From: a bacterium
Lineage (GTDB): Bacteria > Elusimicrobiota > JBDRMW01
Length of the DNA: 54,884 nt
Direction: 5' to 3'
Assembly (NCBI GenBank): GCA_043811735.1
Contig: JBDRMW010000127.1
Coordinates: 1-54,884, forward strand
The notes beneath the pieces were generated by a model. The model did no database searches and was not told the origin of the DNA. It saw nothing but the letters and a program-made list of their open reading frames with translations. The first letter of the stretch is position 1, and the number at the start of each line of letters is the position of its first letter. Position numbers and translations under genes: made by a program. Shown in pieces: positions 18,203-26,848 of this stretch.

Positions 18203-18988
18203 ATGAAAAAAATCGGCATTGTAGGATGCGGCGCCATTGGAACAGAAATTGCCCGTGCAATTGATGCACAGGTTATCCGTGCACGGCTGAGCCATATCTG
18301 TGATACCGATGCCGCCCGTACCGGCAGATTAGCAGATCAGCTTTCAACGAAACCCAGCACAGTCAAACTGGCAGAGCTTATCTCAAACACTGATATTGTG
18401 GTTGAATCAGCCGGCCAGAATTCAGTCAAAGAAATCACTGAGCTCTGCATTAAACATACAAAAACAGTTTTGGTAATGAGCGTTGGATATTTTTTAAAGG
18501 ATATGGCGCTGTTTGAAAAAGCCGGCAAACATAAAGGCTGTGTGATCCTGCCATCCGGTGCGCTTGCGGGGATGGATGCGGTCAGCGCTGCACGTTTAGC
18601 GCATATAGATTCGGCAACCTTGACGACAACAAAACCGCCGCGCGGTTTGCGTGGTGCGCCTTATTTAGAAGAGCATAATATTGATCTGGATACCATTACC
18701 GGTCCCACGGTTGTTTTTGAGGGTTCTGCAATCGAGGCAGTTAAAGCTTTTCCTGCTAATATTAATGTTTCAGCAGTATTGTCTTTTGCCGGGGCGGGAC
18801 CAGAGAAAACAACCGTCAAGATTATCGCTGACCCCCATACTGATAGAAATACCCATGAAGTAGAAATACTGGGTGATTCAGGACGAATATACACTAGAAC
18901 AGAAAACGTGCCGTCTCCGACAAATCCTAAAACCTCATATCTGGCGGTTCTTTCAGCAATTGCAGTTCTTAAACAGCTGTGTGATTGA
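18203..18988 (+). CDS. nadX: L-aspartate dehydrogenase
   Basis: The 261-aa ORF has an N-terminal IGIVGCGAIG Rossmann fold. Its overall pattern matches the Thermotoga-type aspartate dehydrogenase family (LPSGALAGMDA, NINVSA), and it is adjacent to nadA. Confidence 0.8.
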   Translation: MKKIGIVGCGAIGTEIARAIDAQVIRARLSHICDTDAARTGRLADQLSTKPSTVKLAELISNTDIVVESAGQNSVKEITELCIKHTKTVLVMSVGYFLKDMALFEKAGKHKGCVILPSGALAGMDAVSAARLAHIDSATLTTTKPPRGLRGAPYLEEHNIDLDTITGPTVVFEGSAIEAVKAFPANINVSAVLSFAGAGPEKTTVKIIADPHTDRNTHEVEILGDSGRIYTRTENVPSPTNPKTSYLAVLSAIAVLKQLCD

Positions 18989-19004
18989 TCAACATCCTTT
19001 CATA

Positions 19005-19166
19005 ATCCCAAGAACCGACATTGGTATGAGAACCGAGACGGAAAAGGCCAAAAAATTTTCCGATGAAAATGGTGAAAGCGTACTTGAAAGTACGGTTGAA
19101 CCATTTTCGAAGGAAAAATACGGGTATTTTTCGTCGAATTCCATATCCAATGTCGGTTCTTGGGAT
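19005..19166. repeat. 162-nt element closed by a perfect 20-bp inverted repeat, with nested internal hairpins (candidate ncRNA or MITE-like element)
   Basis: The outer arms are ATCCCAAGAACCGACATTGG (19005-19024) and CCAATGTCGGTTCTTGGGAT (19147-19166). Inside, GAAAATGGT/ACCATTTTC encloses CGTACT-TGAA-AGTACG, and there is a further hairpin GAAAAATAC-GGG-GTATTTTTC. Confidence 0.6.
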
Positions 19167-19299
19167 AATTCAAACCCTTGAAAAAAAATCGTTTTTCTAT
19201 ATACTTATAGTACTTCTATATTAATATATAAACTATACCTTATATAAAAGGAATGGGGACACTCCAGAGGCGGGCACGCACACCTCTTCGAGGAATGTC

Positions 19300-21378
19300 A
19301 TGATAGATTTTAAAATTATTTTACAGGCAATTCTTGATCAAAGTATGATTCTTGCCCATGCTGAACGGGGACAGGTTCTCCTTCTTGATGATACGGGCGC
19401 AGAAAAAGCCTTATACTGCAAACGCGTTGTGCGCGGCAAACTGGTTGAATCATTCAGCCGTATACCAAATAAAGAAATCACCAACAAAGTAATAAAAACA
19501 GGCAAAGCTTCTGCGCTCAAATCAGGCACCAGAGCGGTTTTATGCATTCCTTTACAATCGGAAAATCAGGTCTTTGGCTATGTGTATGTTGACCGAAAAT
19601 TAAAAAAACATCTGTTTGCGGAAAATGAATTGGATATTATCCAATCCTTAACCGGTTTTGCTTCGCTGGCGCTCACCAATGCTCGCCTGCATAATCAATT
19701 GCAGGAACGCACCGATAAACTTCAGATGCTTAATGAATTATCCAGGTCAATTTCAGCAGCATCGTATCTATCAACGGTGATCAGGCAGGTTCTGCAATAC
19801 TGTTTAACTATTACTAAAGCGGATAAAGGACTCATTTTTTTAGGATCAGAACTTGAGTATAAGGGCGGCATCACCAAAGCGGGAAAAGATATCGCTAAGT
19901 CAGAAACCGATAAATTAGTTAATCATGCGGTATTAAAAAAAGTCCTGTTAAGCGGGCAGGCTCTGCAATGCGGTCATGAAGGTTTTAGTAATCATTCAAA
20001 CGTGCATAATTTTTCTTTAAAAAAACGGGCTGGTTCGGCGATGTGTGTTCCGATGGTCATTAATAATCAAGTGTTCGGGGTTGTATTCGTCAGCAGTAAT
20101 CATGCTGACCGGCATGACGAGAAAAAACTGGTGATCTTTGAATCAATCGTAAATCAGGCAGGTTTAGCTGTAGAAAATGCGCAGCTGCTCGAAAATCAGC
20201 AGAAACACATAAACAGCCTGGAAAAAGCCATGAATATGTATAAGAAAACACAGGAAAAATCCAATATTGATCAGGTAACTGATCTGTGCAATCCTGGATA
20301 CTTTGTTGAACAGGTTGCCCGGGAGTACAGCAGGGCAAAACATTATGAGAATAAACTTTCCATCATATTTATTGATATAGATTCATTCAAAGAGATTAAT
20401 GAAATATACGGGTATGAGGTTAGTAATTCTATCTTAAAACGAATTGCCGGAGTAATAAAAACAGAGTGCCGGCGGACAGATTTAAGCGCCCGCTATGGAG
20501 GAGATGAGCTCATTGTAGTGCTTGAGAATATTGATGTTGACCGGACATTTATTATTGCTGAGAGAATTAGAAACAATATTCATAAGATTTCTATTGGCGG
20601 TGATCAAGACTCCCGGAAAATCAGCGTGAGTATTGGTGTTGCTGAGATGAAAGAAATTGATTCAACGGTTGATGATTTCTTAACTCGTGCGCGGGAAGCT
20701 CAAGACGCAGCGCGCAGCCGCGGGGGAAACCGCGTCTGCAGGTGGGGTGATTCACACGAAGTATCAGTTGAGCAGATCAGGGAAAAGATATCTCTGGGCA
20801 ATGGCGATTCTAATGAGATTTTGTCAGTATTGACAGCGATATCTTCAATCAAGGATAAATCAACATCCTGGCATTCGCTGGAAATGGGTGAATTAGCTGT
20901 TCAGATCGGGAAGGAATATTCTTTAAGCAGGAAGCAGATTGATGATATAAAAATAGCTTCCATTCTCCATGATATCGGCAAAATCGGGATACCTGATGCG
21001 GTGTTGAAAAAAAAAGGATTATTGACCGATAAAGAATGGAAAATAATGCGTTCACATCCGACATTGGGCAGAGATATTGTAAAACGCTCAACTAATTTAA
21101 GAAAACTAAGCCAGGCAATTTATTATCATCATGAGCGGTGGGATGGAAAAGGATATCCGGAGGGCTTAAAAGGGGAACAGATCCCGATTTCAGCCCGCAT
21201 AATCGCTATTTTAGATGCATTCGAGGCAATGGTTTGTGACCGGCCGTATCGAAAAGCATTACGCATGAAAGAAGCATTTAAAGAAATTGAGCGGGGATCA
21301 GGCACCCAGTTTGATCCGAAACTCGTTAAGATATTCTTGAAGAATAAAAGCAGCTTGCTCCTGAAAGAATTGAAGTGA
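19300..21378 (+). CDS. GAF-GAF-GGDEF-HD-GYP signalling protein (c-di-GMP turnover)
   Basis: The 692-aa ORF has two GAF-like N-terminal modules. The GGDEF domain has the I-site RRTD five residues before GGDEL. The HD-GYP domain reads HDIGKIGIPD...HHERWDGKGYPEGL. Confidence 0.9.
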   Translation: MIDFKIILQAILDQSMILAHAERGQVLLLDDTGAEKALYCKRVVRGKLVESFSRIPNKEITNKVIKTGKASALKSGTRAVLCIPLQSENQVFGYVYVDRKLKKHLFAENELDIIQSLTGFASLALTNARLHNQLQERTDKLQMLNELSRSISAASYLSTVIRQVLQYCLTITKADKGLIFLGSELEYKGGITKAGKDIAKSETDKLVNHAVLKKVLLSGQALQCGHEGFSNHSNVHNFSLKKRAGSAMCVPMVINNQVFGVVFVSSNHADRHDEKKLVIFESIVNQAGLAVENAQLLENQQKHINSLEKAMNMYKKTQEKSNIDQVTDLCNPGYFVEQVAREYSRAKHYENKLSIIFIDIDSFKEINEIYGYEVSNSILKRIAGVIKTECRRTDLSARYGGDELIVVLENIDVDRTFIIAERIRNNIHKISIGGDQDSRKISVSIGVAEMKEIDSTVDDFLTRAREAQDAARSRGGNRVCRWGDSHEVSVEQIREKISLGNGDSNEILSVLTAISSIKDKSTSWHSLEMGELAVQIGKEYSLSRKQIDDIKIASILHDIGKIGIPDAVLKKKGLLTDKEWKIMRSHPTLGRDIVKRSTNLRKLSQAIYYHHERWDGKGYPEGLKGEQIPISARIIAILDAFEAMVCDRPYRKALRMKEAFKEIERGSGTQFDPKLVKIFLKNKSSLLLKELK

Positions 21379-21401
21379 CCGTTTTCCTGATGAGATTTTT
21401 T

Positions 21402-22667
21402 TTAAGGCTGTTCATCTAACATGTCATGTGCACGCTTAAGGAATTGCTTTGCATCAGCATGATCAGCATTATATTTAAGCGCAAGCTCAAACCATTTAAC
21501 AGCCTCAGTATAATCCTCATCTTCATATGCTTCCATGCCGCGGGAATAAAAATATTTTATTTCACTTTCAAGTAAAAGCTGTGCATCCCGATAATTTTGA
21601 TAAAATCGCAAGGCTGAAGAAAACTCATAGGCAGCGGCGATATCATCGCCTTCTTGTTTAAAAATAATTGCACGCTCATAATGAATGGCAGCGCGTTCTT
21701 CATTGCCGATATATATAACATCTTTACGTGCTTTGCCGAAGGCAAAACCAATGCTTATCTTATTGCTCTCACCGAGCTCGCCAAATGGAACAAAGGCATA
21801 ATCAATTTTAAATCCGCCGATCGTTGTTCCTGCCCCGAAACTTATACCGCTTCCCGTATCTTTGGCAAACCGGTATCCGGCACGTAAGGCAAACAGGTTC
21901 CACCAGACAGATTCTAATCCCCAGGTGTTATAGGTAATTTCTTTACGAGGTAATATGAGATCCGTGGATATTAAGATTTGAATTGTTTTAAACGGGAATT
22001 TGTATGATGTGCCGAGACGATATTCAGTCGGCAGGGGAGCGCTTTCGGTGCTGAAATTCGGACGTGATAACGGGAGATTGCGCATCGTAAAACCCAAACC
22101 AAATCTTTTGTCATTACACAGATATAAACTGCCGAGATCACCTGAATAGGATACTGCACGTTCATCAGCCAGTTTTTGCTGGATAAGTTTACCTGTGGTC
22201 CCTAATCCAAAAAAACGCGTATCACTATTATATAATGTGTATCCTCCGGCAAGGGAAAACATGCTGTCATAGGCAGAGAGTTTTTTGCCCGCATTGCCGA
22301 GATAATCATAGGAGCGGATATCGTTCACGTAAAAATAGTGCAGTTCGGTGCCGAGGGTAAATTTTTTTCCGATGGGATTTACATAGCCGATGTAATTGTA
22401 GTTAAAATTATACAGCTGTTCATCATGGACAAAGACAAATTCTTTATAACGCAGTTGAGGAAGTCCTGCCGGATTCCAAAATGCGGCAGACAGATCATCA
22501 GCCACCGCGGTAAATGCCTGTCCTAACCCAAGCGCACGCACCCCCGCGCCGATCTTTTAAAAATCAGCCCCGGTCTCTCCCGCAGCATACAGTGATACGG
22601 GGTGCCATGCCAGAGCTGAGAGTATAAGAAATAAAAACAGAAATACAGTTTTAATATAAAATCCCAT
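21402..22667 (-). pseudogene. PorV/PorQ-like outer-membrane beta-barrel protein with C-terminal TPR-like tail; in-frame TAA separates the signal peptide from the barrel
   Basis: The ATG at 22667 opens MGFYIKTVFLFLFLILSALAWHPVSLYAAGETGADF. A TAA follows at 22559..22557, and the same frame then continues KIGAGVRALGLGQAFTAVADDLSAAFWNPAGL. That segment is the family's N-terminal signature, in which a Leu is expected at the stop position. Confidence 0.7.
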
Positions 22668-22803
22668 AAATTTATATCATTTTATCAAATATACAGAAAA
22701 TTATCTATAGGTTAATAGATTTCACAAAAATTTACATTTTCTTTATATCAATCATACTTCCTTAGCTCTGCTGAAAAATCCCCGGTATCTCACTAAATCC
22801 TCT

Positions 22804-23334
22804 CTATTTTTTAAATAACGATACAAATCGATTAAATTTTTCCTCACTTTTTTCATTGATTGACCAATTCTTTATTTCAAGCAGGTTAATTTTTTGGGAA
22901 TGTGCCACCAACAAGGCTTGCTGCAGGGATTGTTCATCATGCCAATGATAGAAAGCAGCTAATCTGTCTTTAACACAGTCAGTCGCGGTAAGCAATGTTA
23001 TACTATGTATCGTATTAAATTTTGTAATAGGAAGTTCACGTCCCAATGCTATTGGTCCGGGAGGAAATTCAATACAATACGGGCACGCATTATGCTCATA
23101 ATGTCTAAATTTCCCTCTCTTATTAAACCCCATCTTGTTTAGAACTTTTTCAATGTTTTTTGTCAAATCCGGTGATATATAATCAAGATCAAATGATTGA
23201 TATTTATTATGTGTATAAATAGACACACACGCGCCGCCGACAAGCACTGCCTTTATGTTATTATCGTTTAACGCTTTGCTTGCTCTATGAGCAAGCTCTT
23301 TTAACGTAATATGTGCAAAATCATTGCGTGTCAT
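22804..23334 (-). CDS. Minimal nucleotidyltransferase-fold protein (toxin-like partner of the upstream wHTH)
   Basis: In the 176-aa ORF, VLVGGACVSIYTHNKYQSFDLDYI fits the G[GS]-x(9-13)-D-x-D NTase signature. It has a 4-nt overlap with the upstream gene, and the DNA is visibly AT-rich. Confidence 0.6.
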   Translation of the reverse strand: MTRNDFAHITLKELAHRASKALNDNNIKAVLVGGACVSIYTHNKYQSFDLDYISPDLTKNIEKVLNKMGFNKRGKFRHYEHNACPYCIEFPPGPIALGRELPITKFNTIHSITLLTATDCVKDRLAAFYHWHDEQSLQQALLVAHSQKINLLEIKNWSINEKSEEKFNRFVSLFKK

Positions 23335-23657
23335 AGTTTACCTTTACGCCTTGGTCTCGTCCTCAGCCGGTAATACTTTTCAATCTCTTCTTCAGGCAAA
23401 GCATCTTTGGCGCGCTGGAGTAAGATTTCAAGTTCCCTAATAAAAGGATATCTTGGATTGAGTGAATATAACCGCACTGTTCCCTCTTTTTTACTTACGA
23501 TAACACTCCCATTTTCAAGGCGGTCCAGCTGATTAACCATTGTGCTGAATGGTATATTAAATAATTTTGACATACCGCGCATATATCCAGTTTTATAGAC
23601 AAATAAATAAAAAAGTATTTTCTCCGTTACTGGTGAGCCAAAGACAGGTTCCAGCAT
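23331..23657 (-). CDS. Winged helix-turn-helix protein (antitoxin/regulator-like)
   Basis: I trimmed ORF 23331..23723 to the ATG at 23657 (MLEPVFGSPVTEKILFYL...), which has a purine-rich SD. The pattern YMRGMSKLFNIPFSTMVNQLDRLENGSVIVSKKEGTVRLYSLN is wHTH-like. Confidence 0.6.
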   Translation of the reverse strand: MLEPVFGSPVTEKILFYLFVYKTGYMRGMSKLFNIPFSTMVNQLDRLENGSVIVSKKEGTVRLYSLNPRYPFIRELEILLQRAKDALPEEEIEKYYRLRTRPRRKGKL

Positions 23658-23844
23658 GTTTTCTTGCCTCTCTTTTTTAAGAATTAATAAAATGATCAAT
23701 ATACTAAATATTAGTATAATCAAACTAAATTATAGTATATTGTATATCGTATGTTATCATTTGTCAAGAATTTAAAATCAACCAGGAAAAATCTCATTAT
23801 GCAATAATTCCGGGCGATTGAGAAAATCATCAGATCTTTGCATC

Positions 23845-23873
23845 TTGACCCGTCTTTAAGTGTTTTGTACTAT
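23845..23873 (+). promoter_or_regulatory. Sigma70-type promoter TTGACC-17-TACTAT for uvrA
   Basis: TTGACC lies at 23845-23850 and TACTAT at 23868-23873. The uvrA ATG at 23882 follows after 8 nt with no SD. Confidence 0.5.
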
Positions 23874-23881
23874 AATTTCTT

Positions 23882-26713
23882 ATGAATAATGGTGTGATCA
23901 GGATTCAGGGTGCCCGTCAGCATAACCTTAAAAATATAAATCTTATCATTCCGCGCAACAAGCTGGTTGTTATAACCGGCCTGTCAGGTTCGGGTAAGTC
24001 TTCGCTGGCTTTTGATACGATTTATGCCGAAGGACAGCGGCGGTATGTGGAAAGCCTTTCTGCTTATGCGCGGCAGTTTTTAGAGTTAATGGATAAACCC
24101 GACGTTGACTTAATTGAAGGCTTATCACCTGCAATCTCTATTGAACAGCGAAACCCTTCAAAAAATCCCCGGTCAACGGTTGGTACGGTTACCGAGATTT
24201 ATGATTACCTGCGTTTATTGTATGCGCGTATCGGGATTCCTCATTGTCCCACATGCGGCAAAAAAATTAACAAGCAATCCGTGCAGGATATAGTTGCTGA
24301 ACTGCTTAAACTTGAAAAAGGAACTTCAGTGCGGATTTTTTCGCCCCTGGTGCGCGGACGAAAAGGCGAGTATCAGGAGCTTTTTAAAAAACTCCTTAAA
24401 ATGGGATTTGCCCGGGTTCGTGTTGACGGCGCAATGCATTCATTGGAAGATGCTATTCCATTGCAGAAGTTTAAAAAGCATGATATTGAGCTCATTGTTG
24501 ACAGTATAACTATTGATCTCGTTGATAAAGAACGGCTGACCGAAGCAGTTGAAATTGCATTAAAAGAATCTCATGGATTGGTCCTGGTTGAATCAACTGA
24601 ACATGTTAAGAAGAAACCGGTATATCATGGTATGTTTTCTGAACATCATTCATGCGCGTACTGCGGTATCAGTCTGCCTGAAATCGAGCCGCGGCTTTTT
24701 TCTTTTAATTCTCCGCATGGCGCATGCCCTGAGTGCAGCGGATTGGGGGTCAAAACAGAGATCGATGATTCCCTGATTGTTCCGGATCCTTCTTTTTCTA
24801 TTGCTGACGGCGCGATCAGGGCCTGGGCTGAACCCATCACAACCCGCACCAACCGCTGGAGACATGCCTGGTCGTCGTATTACGGAGAGATGCTGACTGA
24901 TGCCTGCAAACGAAATAACATCCCGATGCATAAACCGTTTAACGAATTTACCGCCGAACAGAAAAACCTGTTGTTTTACGGCGACGGCGTATTTGAAGGT
25001 GTTATCGCCAATATGCAGCGAAGATACCGCGATACTGAATCTGAATATGTAAAAAATGAAATCCTGGAAAGATATATGCAGCGCAGCACCTGTCCTGCTT
25101 GTAAAGGCGCACGGTTAAAGAAAGAAGCATTATCAGTCACAATCGGTGATTTATCCATTGATGAGGTAACCCAATTTTCAATCAATGAGGCAGATGCGTT
25201 TTTTAAAAATTTAAAAATATCCGATAAAGAAAAAATAATAGGTAAGCAGGTGTTAAAAGAGATTCAGGCGCGTGTTGGATTTTTAGCGAATGTAGGCCTT
25301 GATTATATTACCTTAAATAGAAACAGCGGCAGTTTATCCGGCGGTGAAGCCCAGCGCATCCATCTGGCGACCCAGATCGGCTCAGGCTTGGTCGGTGTCT
25401 TATATGTGCTTGATGAACCAACGATCGGCCTGCACCAGCGTGACAACCGGCGGTTGATCGATACTCTGGTTAAACTGCGCGATTTAGGCAATACATTGAT
25501 AGTTGTTGAGCATGATGAAGAAACAATTAGAAAAGCTGATCATGTTATTGATTTAGGGCCCGGTGCGGGATCACACGGGGGACACATTGTTGCGCAAGGG
25601 ACACCTAAAGAGGTCTGCCGTAATCCAAAATCATTAACCGGACGGTATTTAAGCGGCCAGAGCTTTATTAAGATTCCTGATGAACGCCGTGAACCCGGCG
25701 AGCAATTGCTGGTTATTAAGGGGGCATCGCAGTTTAATTTAAAAAATATCACTGTTGAAATACCTTTAGGCCTTTTTGTATGTATAACCGGGGTCTCCGG
25801 TTCCGGGAAATCAACACTTATTGATGAGATCTTATATAAATCTCTCGCACAAAAACTGTATCATTCGAAAGTTACTCCGGGCAGACATAAATCATTGGAA
25901 GGCTGGGATTATATTGATAAGGTGATCGAAGTAGATCAATCACCGATCGGCAGAACACCCCGCTCGAATCCCGCAACTTATACGGGCCTGTTTTCTCCGA
26001 TCAGAGATATATTTGCTGAGCTTCCTGAATCAAAACGCCGGGGGTATAAACCGGGCAGATTCTCTTTTAACGTAAAAGGCGGGCGATGCGAAAACTGCCA
26101 GGGTGACGGCACGATAAAGATTGAGATGCAGTTTTTAGCTGATGTCTATATAGCCTGTGATAAATGCACCGGAAAAAGATTTAATGAAGACACGTTAGAG
26201 ATCAGATATAAAGGAAAAAATATTGCAGAAGTGCTTGATATGTCTGTAGAAGAAGCAGTAATCTTTTTTGAAAACATCCCCAAAGCAAAACGTATTATCC
26301 AGACTCTGTATGATGTGGGATTAAGTTATATCAAATTAGGCCAGCCGGCAACGACTCTTTCAGGCGGAGAAGCCCAGCGGGTCAAACTCGCCAGTGAATT
26401 ATGCTCGCGCTCAACCGGCCGCACTTTATATATGCTAGATGAACCGACCACGGGGCTTCATTTTGCTGATGTGGGCAAACTTCTGGAAGTATTGCACCGC
26501 CTTGTTTCGCAGGGGAACACTGTTTTAATTATTGAACATAACTTAGATGTCATAAAAACCGCTGATTGGATCATAGATTTAGGCCCCGGCGGCGGCGGCG
26601 CCGGCGGATATATCGTCGCCGAAGGCCCGCCTGAAGAAATAGTTAAATCAAAAAAATCCCATACCGGTGAATTCCTCAAACCTGTCCTGTTAAAAAAACG
26701 TATCTCTGTGTAA
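23882..26713 (+). CDS. uvrA: Excinuclease ABC subunit A
   Basis: The 943-aa ORF has two ABC modules (GLSGSGKSS and GVSGSGKST, each with LSGGEAQR signatures). It also has zinc modules [15 protein letters not shown] and CENCQGDG. Confidence 0.98.
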   Translation: MNNGVIRIQGARQHNLKNINLIIPRNKLVVITGLSGSGKSSLAFDTIYAEGQRRYVESLSAYARQFLELMDKPDVDLIEGLSPAISIEQRNPSKNPRSTVGTVTEIYDYLRLLYARIGIPHCPTCGKKINKQSVQDIVAELLKLEKGTSVRIFSPLVRGRKGEYQELFKKLLKMGFARVRVDGAMHSLEDAIPLQKFKKHDIELIVDSITIDLVDKERLTEAVEIALKESHGLVLVESTEHVKKKPVYHGMFSEHHSCAYCGISLPEIEPRLFSFNSPHGACPECSGLGVKTEIDDSLIVPDPSFSIADGAIRAWAEPITTRTNRWRHAWSSYYGEMLTDACKRNNIPMHKPFNEFTAEQKNLLFYGDGVFEGVIANMQRRYRDTESEYVKNEILERYMQRSTCPACKGARLKKEALSVTIGDLSIDEVTQFSINEADAFFKNLKISDKEKIIGKQVLKEIQARVGFLANVGLDYITLNRNSGSLSGGEAQRIHLATQIGSGLVGVLYVLDEPTIGLHQRDNRRLIDTLVKLRDLGNTLIVVEHDEETIRKADHVIDLGPGAGSHGGHIVAQGTPKEVCRNPKSLTGRYLSGQSFIKIPDERREPGEQLLVIKGASQFNLKNITVEIPLGLFVCITGVSGSGKSTLIDEILYKSLAQKLYHSKVTPGRHKSLEGWDYIDKVIEVDQSPIGRTPRSNPATYTGLFSPIRDIFAELPESKRRGYKPGRFSFNVKGGRCENCQGDGTIKIEMQFLADVYIACDKCTGKRFNEDTLEIRYKGKNIAEVLDMSVEEAVIFFENIPKAKRIIQTLYDVGLSYIKLGQPATTLSGGEAQRVKLASELCSRSTGRTLYMLDEPTTGLHFADVGKLLEVLHRLVSQGNTVLIIEHNLDVIKTADWIIDLGPGGGGAGGYIVAEGPPEEIVKSKKSHTGEFLKPVLLKKRISV

Positions 26714-26780
26714 TCACCTTGTATTGGTCAAAAGAAATAACCATAAAAAAATAAATTGCACCCTATTTTTCCAGTCCAGC

Positions 26781-26809
26781 TTGACACGCCTTTTATTACA
26801 TGTTATAAT
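26781..26809 (+). promoter_or_regulatory. Perfect consensus sigma70 promoter TTGACA-17-TATAAT
   Basis: TTGACA lies at 26781-26786, followed by a 17-nt spacer and TATAAT at 26804-26809. It sits 40 nt upstream of the ATG at 26849, which has the SD GAGG. Confidence 0.65.
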
Positions 26810-26848
26810 AACCTTACCAAAATTACATGTGATAATAGTGAGGTTAAA

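Noticed and set aside
19026-19050. A possible c-di-GMP (GEMM-I) riboswitch upstream of the GGDEF/HD-GYP gene, because GACGGAAAAGGCC resembles the GACGCAAAGCC core.
   Set aside because: Only this short word matches. The paired GNRA tetraloop and receptor hairpins and the other conserved positions are absent. The promoter-like signals for the downstream gene also lie after the element.
18873-19181. A 102-aa + strand ORF overlapping the nadX 3' end and running through the palindromic element.
   Set aside because: Its first third is an alternative frame of nadX. The rest reads through a perfect inverted repeat. It has no SD and no recognisable motif.
20500-20514. A GGDEL motif in place of GGDEF, suggesting an inactive cyclase domain.
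   Set aside because: The F-to-L change is conservative, and the RxxD I-site and surrounding residues are intact. There are no grounds from sequence alone to call it degenerate.
22557-22559. Reassignment of the TAA stop codon (an alternative genetic code) as the explanation for the in-frame stop in the PorV-like gene.
   Set aside because: TAA is used as the terminal stop of many clearly complete genes in the window, for example lysA at 9578-9580 and dapB at 12093-12095. A single internal TAA is better explained by mutation, error or readthrough.
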